Positions 1-9,540 of a stretch of DNA of 50,763 bases are shown in pieces. The position numbers and the translations under genes were made by a program. The notes below the pieces were generated by a model. It did no database searches. It was not told where the DNA came from and saw nothing but the letters and a program-made list of their open reading frames with translations. The stretch's first letter is position 1; each line of letters opens with the position of its first letter. This stretch comes from Candidatus Hydrogenedentota bacterium (GTDB lineage: Bacteria; Hydrogenedentota; Hydrogenedentia; Hydrogenedentales; JAEUWI01), in contig JAXMOL010000053.1 in NCBI GenBank assembly GCA_034669905.1, positions 1-50,763 on the forward strand, written 5' to 3'.

Positions 1-471
1 CTTGAAGGTGAAGGCGAAGGCGAAGGCGAAGGCGAAGGCGAAGGTGAAGGTGAAGGTGAAGGTGAAGGTGAAGGAGAAGGAGAAGGAGAAGGAGAAGGAG
101 AAGGAGAAGGAGAAGGAGAAGGAGAAGGCGAAGCGACACTGGAATCGTTGGTGCAGTCGGTCATGTCTGTATTTGCATCGTTGGATGTGAACGGAGATGG
201 TCAGCTGAGCGTGGCCGAAATTCAAGGTGGTCCGGTTGCTTTCACGTCGGCGCAGTTGGATACGCTAGACGGAAACAATGACGGACTGATTTCTATGGCG
301 GAGTTGGAAGCTTTTATGGACAGTGGATCGCCCGCATCTTCCGCGCCGGGTTGCGCCGCTGCAAAGAGCGCGCCATGGCAACGGGTCAAGGAGTCCGGCT
401 CCGATTGGTTCCTGTTGGGGGCTGCCTTGATGACCATGGTGGGTTGGCGCGCGATTTGGTTTCAGAACTAG
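1..471 (+). CDS. C-terminal part (5'-truncated) of a secreted/surface protein: (Glu-Gly)21 linker, two EF-hand-like loops, C-terminal GC-containing TM anchor
   Basis: Frame 1 is open from base 1: L(EG)21EATLESLVQ...; EF-hand loops DVNGDGQLSVAE and DGNNDGLISMAE; tail PGCAAAK...GSDWFLLGAALMTMVGWR; stop at 469-471. Confidence 0.85.
   Translation, partial: LEGEGEGEGEGEGEGEGEGEGEGEGEGEGEGEGEGEGEGEGEGEATLESLVQSVMSVFASLDVNGDGQLSVAEIQGGPVAFTSAQLDTLDGNNDGLISMAELEAFMDSGSPASSAPGCAAAKSAPWQRVKESGSDWFLLGAALMTMVGWRAIWFQN
4..132 (+). repeat. Coding hexamer tandem repeat (GAAGGN)x21
   Basis: Units in order: GAAGGT x1, GAAGGC x5, GAAGGT x5, GAAGGA x9, GAAGGC x1. Confidence 0.95.
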
Positions 472-560
472 GAGTTTCGAAGCCTTTCCACCAGGTGCTT
501 TGTCATGCCTCCTTGCTACGTGTGCCTGGCCGGGGACGGTGGTCACGTACGCTTTGCGAA

Positions 561-589
561 TTGACTCGCCAACAGGCAATGGTTAGTAT
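561..589 (+). promoter_or_regulatory. Putative sigma-70 promoter
   Basis: TTGACT-17 bp-TAGTAT, about 70 bp upstream of the ATG at 660. Confidence 0.45.
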
Positions 590-659
590 CACCAATGCTG
601 CGGGTGGGTATTCCATGGCCGCAGTGTATTTGTGGATTCGAAAAGGGAGGGTTATCGTC

Positions 660-2195
660 ATGGATTGCGTTAAAGCATGGGTATCTGGAGGAATTACGAG
701 CGCACTGTTTATAGTCGCCGCTGTGACGTGTCCTGTTCTTGCGGAGCCACTGGCCCTTGGGGAGCAGCGGGAGCTTTTCATTGACGACTATCTCATTGGC
801 GAGATGAAGAACGTCCAGTTGCTGGTCCATGCTCCGGTACCGCAGGAGATTGCCGTCAACTGCGACAAGCCCTGGGAGGGGAACGGCTGCGGGTATTACA
901 CCGTCCTCCACGACAAGCAAGCGTCGGTCTACCGCATGTACTACCATGCGTGGCAAATTCCGACGGGTATTGAAGCGGGCGGTCCCTTGAGCATCGCCTA
1001 TTTCGAGAGCAAAGACGGCATCACGTGGGAACGGCCCAGCCTCGGTCTCGTCGAATTCGAAGGCTCGACGGACAACAACATTATTCTTGATAAGATGGGA
1101 GACGGCACCGGGTGTCACGACTTCTCACCCTTCATCGACGGGAATCCGGACGCCACCCCGGAAGCACGCTATAAGGCCACCGGTGCCGGGGCTGCGACAA
1201 ATAAGGGCGTCTGGGCCTACCAGTCCCCAGACGGTATCCACTGGACACCCATGGCCGATGGACCGGTGTTCACCGAGGGCGCTTTTGACTCGCAGAATGT
1301 TTCTTTCTGGTCAACGGAGGAGCAGCAGTATGTGCTCTATTACCGCGTCTTTTCGGACGGCGGTTACAAAGGCACGCGCCTCGTGAACCGGGCGGTATCG
1401 AAGGATTACATCAACTGGACCGATGAAGGCACCATCGCCTTTCCCGAGGGCGAAGGTCCCCAGCCGCTCGCCCAGTTCTACGTGAGTCAGCTCAAGCCCT
1501 ATGAGCGGGCACCCCACCTCTACATCGGGTTCCCCGCGCGCTACGTGGACCATGGAATGACCGCGTCCACACCCCTGCTGCCCGAGTGGGAACTCCGGGA
1601 GAAGCGGACCACGGTTTCCCTTCGCTATGGCACCGCCGCCACGGATTCGGTCTATATTACGAGCCGCGACGGTAAAAACTTTCGCCAGAGTAACGATGTC
1701 TTTTTGCGGCCCGGTTTACGGACGAAGCACAACTGGTCCTACGGGGACAACTACATTGCCTGGCACGTCGTGGAGACGGAGTCCACCCGAGACGACTCCC
1801 CGAAGGAGCTCTCGCTCTATGCGACGGAATCCTATTTCACCGGGCGGGACTCCCGGCTTCGCCGCTACACCTTGCGCATGGACGGCTTCGCATCGGTCCA
1901 CGCCAAGCTGCAGGAAGGGGAACTGACGACGAAGCCCCTCACCTTTACCGGGAAGGAGCTCTCCCTCAATGTGGCCACCAGCGCGGCGGGCATGGTACAA
2001 GTGGAACTCCAGCATCCCGACGGCACGGTCATCGATGGATACGCGCAGCAAGACTGCGACCTCATCTACGGCGACTCCCTTGACCGCGTCGTCAGTTGGA
2101 AGGGAAAGAGCAGCGTGGAGGCCCTGGTCGGCAAGCCCGTGGTCATACGTTTCGTCATGCGCGAGGCGGATATTTACTCCCTGATTGTGAAGTAG
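660..2195 (+). CDS. Secreted five-bladed beta-propeller glycoside-hydrolase-like protein (GH32/GH43 clan-like, uncharacterised)
   Basis: AGGGAGG RBS before ATG 660; signal peptide; RELFIDD, SKDGITWERP, SPDGIHW, FDSQN and TLRMDGF motifs. Confidence 0.7.
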   Translation: MDCVKAWVSGGITSALFIVAAVTCPVLAEPLALGEQRELFIDDYLIGEMKNVQLLVHAPVPQEIAVNCDKPWEGNGCGYYTVLHDKQASVYRMYYHAWQIPTGIEAGGPLSIAYFESKDGITWERPSLGLVEFEGSTDNNIILDKMGDGTGCHDFSPFIDGNPDATPEARYKATGAGAATNKGVWAYQSPDGIHWTPMADGPVFTEGAFDSQNVSFWSTEEQQYVLYYRVFSDGGYKGTRLVNRAVSKDYINWTDEGTIAFPEGEGPQPLAQFYVSQLKPYERAPHLYIGFPARYVDHGMTASTPLLPEWELREKRTTVSLRYGTAATDSVYITSRDGKNFRQSNDVFLRPGLRTKHNWSYGDNYIAWHVVETESTRDDSPKELSLYATESYFTGRDSRLRRYTLRMDGFASVHAKLQEGELTTKPLTFTGKELSLNVATSAAGMVQVELQHPDGTVIDGYAQQDCDLIYGDSLDRVVSWKGKSSVEALVGKPVVIRFVMREADIYSLIVK

Positions 2196-2284
2196 TGCGC
2201 GGTCGTTGCCGCCACTATGCTGATCCACGTATGGACACGCACTCGCACGAATAAGAACGAAGGCGATTCAGGCGGTTCCCCTAC

Positions 2285-2722
2285 GGGACTGTCAGCTTCT
2301 TCGCCCAGGCGAAGAAGGGACTGTACCGGCAGTATGTCGTGTCTCGGGATTTCTTCCGCCAACCCGACGTCCACGGACACGGCCGGGACAGCCTTACGCA
2401 TTTTGTGCTCGGTGTCTGGCATTCCATTTCGTGTAGGTGACGGGACCTTCCCACACACGACGCGGGCTTCTGCGTGAAGGCAGTCCCTACTTTCACGGAC
2501 GGGACAGCCTCACGCATTTTTGTGCGCGGTGCCTGGCATTCCATTTCGTGTAGGTGACGTGACCTTCCCACACACGACGCTGGCTTCTGCGTGAAGGCAG
2601 TCCCTGTGGACACGGCCGGGACAGCCTCACGCATTTTTGTGCGCGTTGCCTGGCATTCGATTTTGTGCAGGAGACGCAACCTTCCCGCACACGACACTGG
2701 TTTCTGCGCGAAGGCAGTCCCT
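2285..2722. repeat. Intergenic repeat: palindrome (2285-2327) plus about three tandem 117-bp units
   Basis: Units end in GAAGGCAGTCCCT at 2488, 2605 and 2722; CTTCTTCGCC-ca-GGCGAAGAAG hairpin flanked by GGGACTGT; lies between convergent genes. Confidence 0.9.
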
Positions 2723-5034
2723 CAGAGCCCCGCGCGATAGGCCGGAATCTGTCGCGCGAGGGTGTCTTCGAGTATCTCCAGCTTTTCCTGGATCACGAAG
2801 GGGGTGTAGACGTAGTCCATCTCCGCTTCGTAGCCGAGGCGGGAGTCGCGCTTGGTGATTTCGAGGGCGTGCTTTGTCCGGGGGAGTTCGGCTTCGACGA
2901 GGGCGGTCATTTCGTCGAGGAGGGCCCGGGCTTCGGTGGGATCATCCGTGTGGTGGAGGCGGAAACGGCAGTCTTCGAACTGGAGGATGGCCTGAAGGCT
3001 CCGTAGCATGAGCTGCATCTGCTCGACGACGAGAACTTCTTTCATGGCGGCGGCCTGTTTGGCCGGGGGGGCGTTGAGGGCGGCCTGGCGGTAGTGCCGA
3101 AGTCCGGCTTCCAGCCCGTCGGCGGCGCGGAGGGTGTATTCGTTGAAGACGGGTAGCACCGCAACGTTCTTGAGGCGCTCCTTCGATTCCAACTGGCCCA
3201 CGCCGGAGCGGGCCCGGGCGTATTGCTCGGCCTTATTGGTCTTGTTGCGGAAGTCGGGGTAGAAAACCATGATGGGGTGGGCGTAGGGCCATTGGGCCAC
3301 GAGGCGGTGGCGCCAGTGACTTTTTTCCTTCTCGTCCCACCAGGAATTGTTGAGGGTCATCATGCGGGCCGGGGGCTCGTCGAAAAAGAGAGGGTGGGAC
3401 ACGGCGCTGTTGGTACCCATGGAGGGGCCCGTGTCGGGCACATGTTGGATGGCCTCGCTGAAAGCCTCCCACGCGGCGAGCACCGCGTCCTCATTGCCCG
3501 CGCCAAAGTTGCGCCGGGCGATTCCCCGCAGGAGTTCGTCCTGCGACAAGGGATTGGTCCAACTGGACCAGCCGCGCAGTTCGGCGATGAAGTTGGGCTT
3601 GTAGCCATTGCTCCACGATTCAAGGGTGCCGTTGACACCGTGGGCGGCCAGGGCGTCGTAACGGCGCTGCCACTGCTGGGGCGCGGGCACATAGGGGATG
3701 GTGCCAAACTGCCAGGTGGCGAAGCAGTCCACTTTGCAGTAGACCGTCATGCCGCGCTCTTTCGCCACCTTAATCTGTGCCGCCGCCACCTCCGCCGGGC
3801 CCACCTGGCTGATGGAGTAATCGCGGAGATAACCCTGGAAATCTCCCAGTGCGAACTGCTTTCCGTTCTCCCACGTGAGCAGGGGGATGGTGTCCAGGGG
3901 CAGGTGGCGGGTGACGTATTCCTTGATCGCCACGCGGTGAGGACGAAAGTCGATGTTGTATTCCCACGAGAGGATTTCGAGATCCGGGTTGATGCGATGA
4001 CATTCCTCCGACACGATACCCACGGCGCGGGTCCAGTGTTGGGCCCATTCCTCCAGGTCCGTACCACCATGGCCGCCTGCGCCGAAGAATTTCTTGTAGT
4101 AGAAGCCTTCGGTCAGCAGGATAAAGCCTTGGATGTTGGGGAACTTGGTCACGATGTCCCGGACATGCTCCCGGAGTCCCGCCTCATTCTCCGGCTCGCC
4201 CGTGTTGGCGTAGAGGATGGGGGTGTAGACCTTGAGGCCATGGGCGTTGGCCCGGGTGATCACATCGTTGAGGCGCTTGGCGTCCTGCTTGCGGATGATG
4301 TCGTAGTGGGGCGGGCCGGGTAGCCCGTTGGGATTGGCGTAGACCGAGGCGTAGATTCCGTCATAGCCATCGTGGGCGAGGTGATCGAGGAAGTTGTCCG
4401 GCCACTGCATCCACCCGAGCCACGATAAGACCATGCGGGTCTGGTATTGGCTGTGGCGCACCACGTTGAGGTCCCGTGGCAGGCAGGGGGCCTCGCGGAG
4501 GCGCACACGGGCTTCGAGGTTGAGGAGGCCATGTTGAACCCCGGCGTCGTCGAAGCCGCAGACGACGATACGGCGTTCGTCGACACGTATTTCGTAGTCT
4601 TTCGAGCCAGTGAGGGCGGTGCCCATGCCGGGGAGTTGCTGGGGCGTGCCGGCGAGGATGGCGTTGTTGCGGGAGGCCCAGCCGTCGAGGCCCGGCATTT
4701 CCACGAGGGCCACGTCCATGGACACTTCCAGGTAGTCGCGAATATCGTCCGCCGCGTAGCGGGTGAGGGGGCCCGCGTCAGGGGCCAGCGCAAGGGTCCA
4801 GCCGGTGGGGGTGATGGCAAGCTCGTTTTCGGTGGGCGGCGCGCCGACATGCTGGTTGGGCTGGTGGAGGGGGCCTTTTTTCAGGGCTTTGTGGTAATCA
4901 TAGCGCTCCTCGACAGGGAGTACTTTCAGCGCCTGCTCCAAAAAGGCTTCGCGGGTAACACCGGGTTGGGCGTTGGCGGTGAAGGCGGGTGCCAGGCAGA
5001 GAGCGATGGTGGCGCTAAGGATAGGAAGGCGCAT
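2722..5034 (-). CDS. Secreted hypothetical glycoside-hydrolase-like protein; paralog of 13595..15886
   Basis: 770-aa ORF with signal peptide; GH20/GH67-like N-domain (IVVCGFDDAGVQHGL); YSISQVGP and DSRLGYE motifs shared with the paralog. Confidence 0.7.
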   Translation of the reverse strand: MRLPILSATIALCLAPAFTANAQPGVTREAFLEQALKVLPVEERYDYHKALKKGPLHQPNQHVGAPPTENELAITPTGWTLALAPDAGPLTRYAADDIRDYLEVSMDVALVEMPGLDGWASRNNAILAGTPQQLPGMGTALTGSKDYEIRVDERRIVVCGFDDAGVQHGLLNLEARVRLREAPCLPRDLNVVRHSQYQTRMVLSWLGWMQWPDNFLDHLAHDGYDGIYASVYANPNGLPGPPHYDIIRKQDAKRLNDVITRANAHGLKVYTPILYANTGEPENEAGLREHVRDIVTKFPNIQGFILLTEGFYYKKFFGAGGHGGTDLEEWAQHWTRAVGIVSEECHRINPDLEILSWEYNIDFRPHRVAIKEYVTRHLPLDTIPLLTWENGKQFALGDFQGYLRDYSISQVGPAEVAAAQIKVAKERGMTVYCKVDCFATWQFGTIPYVPAPQQWQRRYDALAAHGVNGTLESWSNGYKPNFIAELRGWSSWTNPLSQDELLRGIARRNFGAGNEDAVLAAWEAFSEAIQHVPDTGPSMGTNSAVSHPLFFDEPPARMMTLNNSWWDEKEKSHWRHRLVAQWPYAHPIMVFYPDFRNKTNKAEQYARARSGVGQLESKERLKNVAVLPVFNEYTLRAADGLEAGLRHYRQAALNAPPAKQAAAMKEVLVVEQMQLMLRSLQAILQFEDCRFRLHHTDDPTEARALLDEMTALVEAELPRTKHALEITKRDSRLGYEAEMDYVYTPFVIQEKLEILEDTLARQIPAYRAGL

Positions 5035-5102
5035 GTGGTATTCCTTTCTATAGGGGGAGCTGGCGGCACGTTGTTCCTGGAAGCCTTGTGGACTCGATTA
5101 CT

Positions 5103-5138
5103 TGTCCACATCGTCCACATTGTCCACCAGGTCCACAG
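5103..5138. repeat. 4 x 9-bp tandem repeat (nGTCCACnn)
   Basis: tgtccacat cgtccacat tgtccacca ggtccacag. Confidence 0.8.
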
Positions 5139-5190
5139 CAGACCGAAGGCTCTGGAGACGGCTATCCTACTTTTCGGTCACGTCTCCTGA

Positions 5191-6654
5191 TTAAAGTTTT
5201 TCCTTTGCCTCGGCCGGCAACTGGGGCTTCGGCGCGCCCGCAATCTTTCCGACGGGGCGTTGGCCTTTTCCTGCTCTGCCCCGGTCGCCCAGGTCTTCTC
5301 GCGCCACCTCGGCGATGGCCATCAGACGCGCCACCACATCGGGATGCTCCGCGGCCACATTGTGTTCTGACGCGATATCCTCCACCACGTTGAAGAGGAG
5401 GGGTGTCGGCGTCTCGCCTTTCTTAAAGTGGGGGTGGCTGGCATTGGCTGTAATGGGCAGGAAAAGTTTCCACGCACCCGAGCGGACCGCGTGGAGCTGG
5501 TCCTCCTGGTAGTAATAATAGGCCTCATGGGGTGTCGTCGCGCCGGGCGTACCGAAGAGCAGGGGCGCGATGTCTTTCCCGTCGATGATGCGGTCCGTGG
5601 GCGCGCTGCCACCGGCAAGCCGGGCAAAGGTGGGAAGGAGGTCCATGGTGGAGGCGAGTTCATCGCAGGTGGTTCCGGCGGGCACCGTGCCCGGCTGCCA
5701 CACGATGGTCGGTACGCGAAAGGCGCCTTCGGCGGTAGAATAACCCCGGCCATGAAGGGGACGGTTCGAGCCCCGGCTCAGGTCGTCGGGGTCCTGGTTG
5801 ATGGGCGCGCCGTTGTCCGAAGTCCAGATGACAAACGTATTCTCGGCGATACCCAGCTTCACGAGTTGGTCGAGCATGACGCCCATGGACCAGTCGAGTT
5901 CCTCGATGCTGTCGCCCCAGGGGCCGTTCTTGCTCTTACCGCGAAAGGCGTTGCTGGAGAAAGGGGTGGCGGTGCTGCCGGGCATGGCCTGGGGAAAATA
6001 GAGGAAGAAGGGTTCGTCCTTGTGTTCGGCGATCCATTCCACGGCCCGTTCCGTGTAGCGTTTCGTGAGGCCATCGCGATCGCAGGGGGCTTCGATGACC
6101 GTCTCGTTTTCCATGAGTGGCAGGGGCGGCCAGTGGGAGCCATCTTTATTCCACACCCGCTCGGTCATGTCATCGGAGTAGGGCACGCCAAAGAACCAAT
6201 CAAATCCCTGGCGCGTGGGGAGAAATTCGGGTTGATCGCCTAGATGCCATTTGCCCACCATGCCGGTGGCGTAGCCCTGGGATTTGAGCACTTCGGCAAT
6301 GGTGATTTCTTCGGGCGCGAGTCCATAGGGGGAGACAGGCCGCAACACGAGGCCGTCGCGGGGGTTGGTGTGCATGCCCACCCGCTGGGAATAGCAGCCG
6401 GTGATAATGCTGGCGCGCGAAGGTGTGCAGACCCCGGCGGTCACGTTGAAGTGGGTGAACTTGCGGCCTTCTTCGGCCATGCGGTTCAGGTTGGGCGTCC
6501 GGTGGAGCGTGGAGCCGAAGGGTTCGACGTCGCCATAGCCCAGGTTATCGCAGAAGACGATGATGAAGTTGGGCGGGCGGTCGGCGGCGTGGGCGATGGG
6601 GAGGGCGAGCGTGAGGGTGAAGGTCGTAAGAAATACAGAGAGCAGGCGTTTCAT
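5191..6654 (-). CDS. Sulfatase (S1, arylsulfatase A-like)
   Basis: Signal peptide; PNFIIVFCDNLGYGD, CTPSRAS (CxPxR), GKWHLG, TSDNG. Confidence 0.9.
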   Translation of the reverse strand: MKRLLSVFLTTFTLTLALPIAHAADRPPNFIIVFCDNLGYGDVEPFGSTLHRTPNLNRMAEEGRKFTHFNVTAGVCTPSRASIITGCYSQRVGMHTNPRDGLVLRPVSPYGLAPEEITIAEVLKSQGYATGMVGKWHLGDQPEFLPTRQGFDWFFGVPYSDDMTERVWNKDGSHWPPLPLMENETVIEAPCDRDGLTKRYTERAVEWIAEHKDEPFFLYFPQAMPGSTATPFSSNAFRGKSKNGPWGDSIEELDWSMGVMLDQLVKLGIAENTFVIWTSDNGAPINQDPDDLSRGSNRPLHGRGYSTAEGAFRVPTIVWQPGTVPAGTTCDELASTMDLLPTFARLAGGSAPTDRIIDGKDIAPLLFGTPGATTPHEAYYYYQEDQLHAVRSGAWKLFLPITANASHPHFKKGETPTPLLFNVVEDIASEHNVAAEHPDVVARLMAIAEVAREDLGDRGRAGKGQRPVGKIAGAPKPQLPAEAKEKL

Positions 6655-6679
6655 TGGGTCCCTCGTTGTTAGTGATTGC

Positions 6680-7669
6680 CTAGGGCACGTCATCGGCCAC
6701 TATGCGAAATACTACATTGCCATGATGTGTCCCGCTTTCGACCAGTCGGTGGGCCTGTGCCGCCTCGGCCAGATCAAAAGTCTGATCGATGAGTGGGGAA
6801 AAAACATTTTGTTCCACCAACTGGGCCAGAAAATCCAAGTCCTCGGAGGTGTAATTCGCGAAGGAACAGCTTACCTGTTTTTTCGTGCGTATGGAAGTGC
6901 ACGGAGCCCTGAGCATGGAGGAAAACCGGGGGTTGACGATAAGGAGGCGGCCATTCGGATTCAGTGCGTGGACACTTGCGCCGTAGGGTGCCTGTCCGAT
7001 GACGTCGATGATTACATCATAATGGGGGCCGTGCTTCGTGAAGTCTTCCCGGGTATAATCGATCACTGTTTCCGCCCCGAGGCTACGTAGAGTTTCCAGC
7101 TTGCTGGTGTGGTCTACCGCCGTCACCTCCGCGCCGAAGTGCCGCGCCAGCGGAATGGCAAAACTCCCGATGTTGCCCCCGCCCCCGTTGATCAATACCC
7201 GCTCGCCCGGTTGAATGGCGGCCTTCCGAATAAAGTGAAGGGCATTGAGCCCGCCGGTGGGCAGCGTCGCGGCCTGCTCAAAGGAGACGCCATCGGGCTT
7301 TTGCGTCAGGGGGCCATTCTCACGGAGACACTTAAACTCCGCGTGGGCTCCAAGGCCGATTTCGGTCGCCCCAAAAACCGCATCGCCCACCTGAAATCGC
7401 GTGACGTTATCGCCTACCGCGTCGATGGTGCCAGCGACGTCTTGTCCAAGAATGCGTATACGCTTAGGGTGGATCAGGCCTGAATAGAGACGGAGGGGCA
7501 CCCAAAACCACCAGGGGAAACGAAAGGCGCGAAACTCGCAATCGGCCTGGATGACCGATGCGGCATGCACACGAATGCGCACTTCATTGTCACGGGGTTC
7601 CGGCGTGGGCACGTCGGTATAGCGCAGGACCTCTGGTGGTCCGTAGTGATCGAAGACAATGGCTTTCAT
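6680..7669 (-). CDS. MDR-family NAD(P)-dependent oxidoreductase (quinone oxidoreductase/alcohol dehydrogenase-like)
   Basis: MKAIVFDHYGPPEVL, LGQDVAG, VLINGGGGNIG, G(N)VV C-terminus. Confidence 0.9.
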   Translation of the reverse strand: MKAIVFDHYGPPEVLRYTDVPTPEPRDNEVRIRVHAASVIQADCEFRAFRFPWWFWVPLRLYSGLIHPKRIRILGQDVAGTIDAVGDNVTRFQVGDAVFGATEIGLGAHAEFKCLRENGPLTQKPDGVSFEQAATLPTGGLNALHFIRKAAIQPGERVLINGGGGNIGSFAIPLARHFGAEVTAVDHTSKLETLRSLGAETVIDYTREDFTKHGPHYDVIIDVIGQAPYGASVHALNPNGRLLIVNPRFSSMLRAPCTSIRTKKQVSCSFANYTSEDLDFLAQLVEQNVFSPLIDQTFDLAEAAQAHRLVESGTHHGNVVFRIVADDVP

Positions 7670-7777
7670 AGGACTCGGGTTTCGCTTTCCACGGGTCGAT
7701 CAAAATACGTCGGGGTGCCTGGAGTGAATAACTTCACCTCAGACACCCCGGAATTATTCGTTCATGGCGGGAACTAT

Positions 7778-9178
7778 TTAGACCCAATCGCGCGATGGCC
7801 GGCTGCGCATGGCATTGGCCTCATCGTCGTTGGTAAATTCCTCTTTCTCTGGATCCCAGGCAAGCACCTTGCCCATGCGCTGGATACCAATGTTCCACAG
7901 GTGGGCGATGCTCGCCGTGCGGTGTCCCACTTCCACGGGCTCCAGGGGATTCTCGCGGGTCTTGACGCTGTCCAGGAAATTGCGGACGTGGTCGCCATAG
8001 TAGTTGCCCATTTCGGCGAAGCTACGCGCCGGGTTGGAGATGGGCAGGCGCTCGTCGTTGGGTCCGAGTTGGGCGGTTTCGATGGCCTTGGAGGAGGCCT
8101 CGACCTTGCCGAAGAGGCCGTACTTGACCCAGCCTTCGGTACCCACAAATTTGACGCCCATGTATTCGTCGTTGCTTTCGCCGAAGAGCTCTACGCCGTT
8201 GGCATAGCGGGCGCGGAATTTGGCTTCCAACGCCGTGGTGAAGAGGCTGCCCTCGGGGAGCCACTTGGCATCAAGACCTTCCACTTCCACCGGGCCTGTA
8301 TGATCTGTGTTGTTGCCCCACTGGGCGATGTCGAGACTGTGGGCGCCCAGGTTGGTGATCTGGCCGCCGGAGTAGTCCAGGCCGAAGCGGAATTTATAGA
8401 TGCAGCGCATGATGTGGTGGGGGACCATGGGAGCCGGTCCGATCCAACGCTGGTAGTCGAAGCCTTCCGGCACAGGCGTAGGTTCCCAGCCGGGTCCGGG
8501 GCCGACCTTGTTGTTGTAGCCAATGTTGACGTGCATGGACTTCAATTCGCCAATGTAGCCGTTGCGCACCAGCTCGCAAATGTGGCGTGCCCGGAAATTG
8601 GAGCGATACTGACTAGCCGTCTGGAGCACGCGGTTATTGTCGCGGACGGCCTTGATCATTTGCGGGCCCTCTGCGAGCGTGAGGGTCATGGGTTTCTGGC
8701 AGAAGATGTCCTTGCCGGCGTTGGCGGCGGCAATGGTCATGGGGGCGTGCCAGTGATCGGGCACGACGATGGCCACCACGTCGATGTCATCCCGGTGGAT
8801 GACTTCATGGAAATCCGTGGTGGCGTCAATGCCGTTGTAGCTTTCTTTGCCCAGCTTTTTTGCGTAGAACTCGTTGGCCATCTGGAGCGCGGGCTCCCGG
8901 CCCATGACGACTTCTTCGTTGCGATAGCCTTTGCTTGCGGTATTCACATCACACAGCGCCCGAATCTGGACGTCGTCGTTGCCCATGAACAGCTTCATGT
9001 CGGGCGTGCCGCGCGTGCCGAGGCCGATGATGCCCACGTTGATGCGCTCGCTGGGCGCGTTTTTTCCCCAGGCACTGCTGGGCAGAATCATGGGGGCGGC
9101 GACCGCGGCGGTGGTGGCACCGACTTTCTTCAGGAAGCTGCGGCGGCTGACGGTAGGGGTCTTTGGGGTCGTACTCAT
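7778..9178 (-). CDS. Tat-exported Gfo/Idh/MocA oxidoreductase
   Basis: SRRSFLK twin-arginine signal; GIIGLGTRG; PDHWH; GKDIFCQKP; GAHSLDI. Confidence 0.9.
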   Translation of the reverse strand: MSTTPKTPTVSRRSFLKKVGATTAAVAAPMILPSSAWGKNAPSERINVGIIGLGTRGTPDMKLFMGNDDVQIRALCDVNTASKGYRNEEVVMGREPALQMANEFYAKKLGKESYNGIDATTDFHEVIHRDDIDVVAIVVPDHWHAPMTIAAANAGKDIFCQKPMTLTLAEGPQMIKAVRDNNRVLQTASQYRSNFRARHICELVRNGYIGELKSMHVNIGYNNKVGPGPGWEPTPVPEGFDYQRWIGPAPMVPHHIMRCIYKFRFGLDYSGGQITNLGAHSLDIAQWGNNTDHTGPVEVEGLDAKWLPEGSLFTTALEAKFRARYANGVELFGESNDEYMGVKFVGTEGWVKYGLFGKVEASSKAIETAQLGPNDERLPISNPARSFAEMGNYYGDHVRNFLDSVKTRENPLEPVEVGHRTASIAHLWNIGIQRMGKVLAWDPEKEEFTNDDEANAMRSRPSRDWV

Positions 9179-9377
9179 AATGCTATGGGTAATCCTTTAT
9201 CGTTTGCTAACGCGACGCATCGGGCCCGCGCTCTCTGGATGGTTGGAAAACGATCCGTGCCCTGAATGTTTCGGGACGTGCCTTGTGGCGGATTGGAAGA
9301 CCCGCTTTTCGGCGTTGCGTGATTCCGTAAAGTCTATCCTACCATCGTGGGCGGCATGTTTCTAGTTGGGAAAGGGG

Positions 9378-9533
9378 GGAGGACCAAAAGGGCACAAACG
9401 ACCTGAACGACAACGACCACCGTGGTATCAAGGGGGGCGACTTTACCGCGATGCGATAACGTCTTCTCGGCACCATCACGGTGAATGGGGTACCACCTGT
9501 CCTTCTCGTCCTTTCAGTCCTTTATGTCCTTTT
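9378..9533. repeat. 4 x 9-bp GTCCTT repeat (9498-9533) with a degenerate inverted copy (~9378-9417)
   Basis: tgtccttct cgtcctttc agtccttta tgtcctttt; upstream aggac/acgac units at 9-bp spacing. Confidence 0.6.
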
Positions 9534-9540
9534 TCCTTGC

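Noticed and set aside
2..190. KAKAK/KEKEK ORF
   Set aside because: Shadow frame of the Glu-Gly repeat. Variation falls at the third codon position of frame 1, which continues into the EF-hand region.
2375..2722. CRISPR array, or the 138-aa repeat ORF 2281..2697
   Set aside because: The units are similar along their whole length, with no unique spacers and no cas genes. The ORF arises because the period is a multiple of 3.
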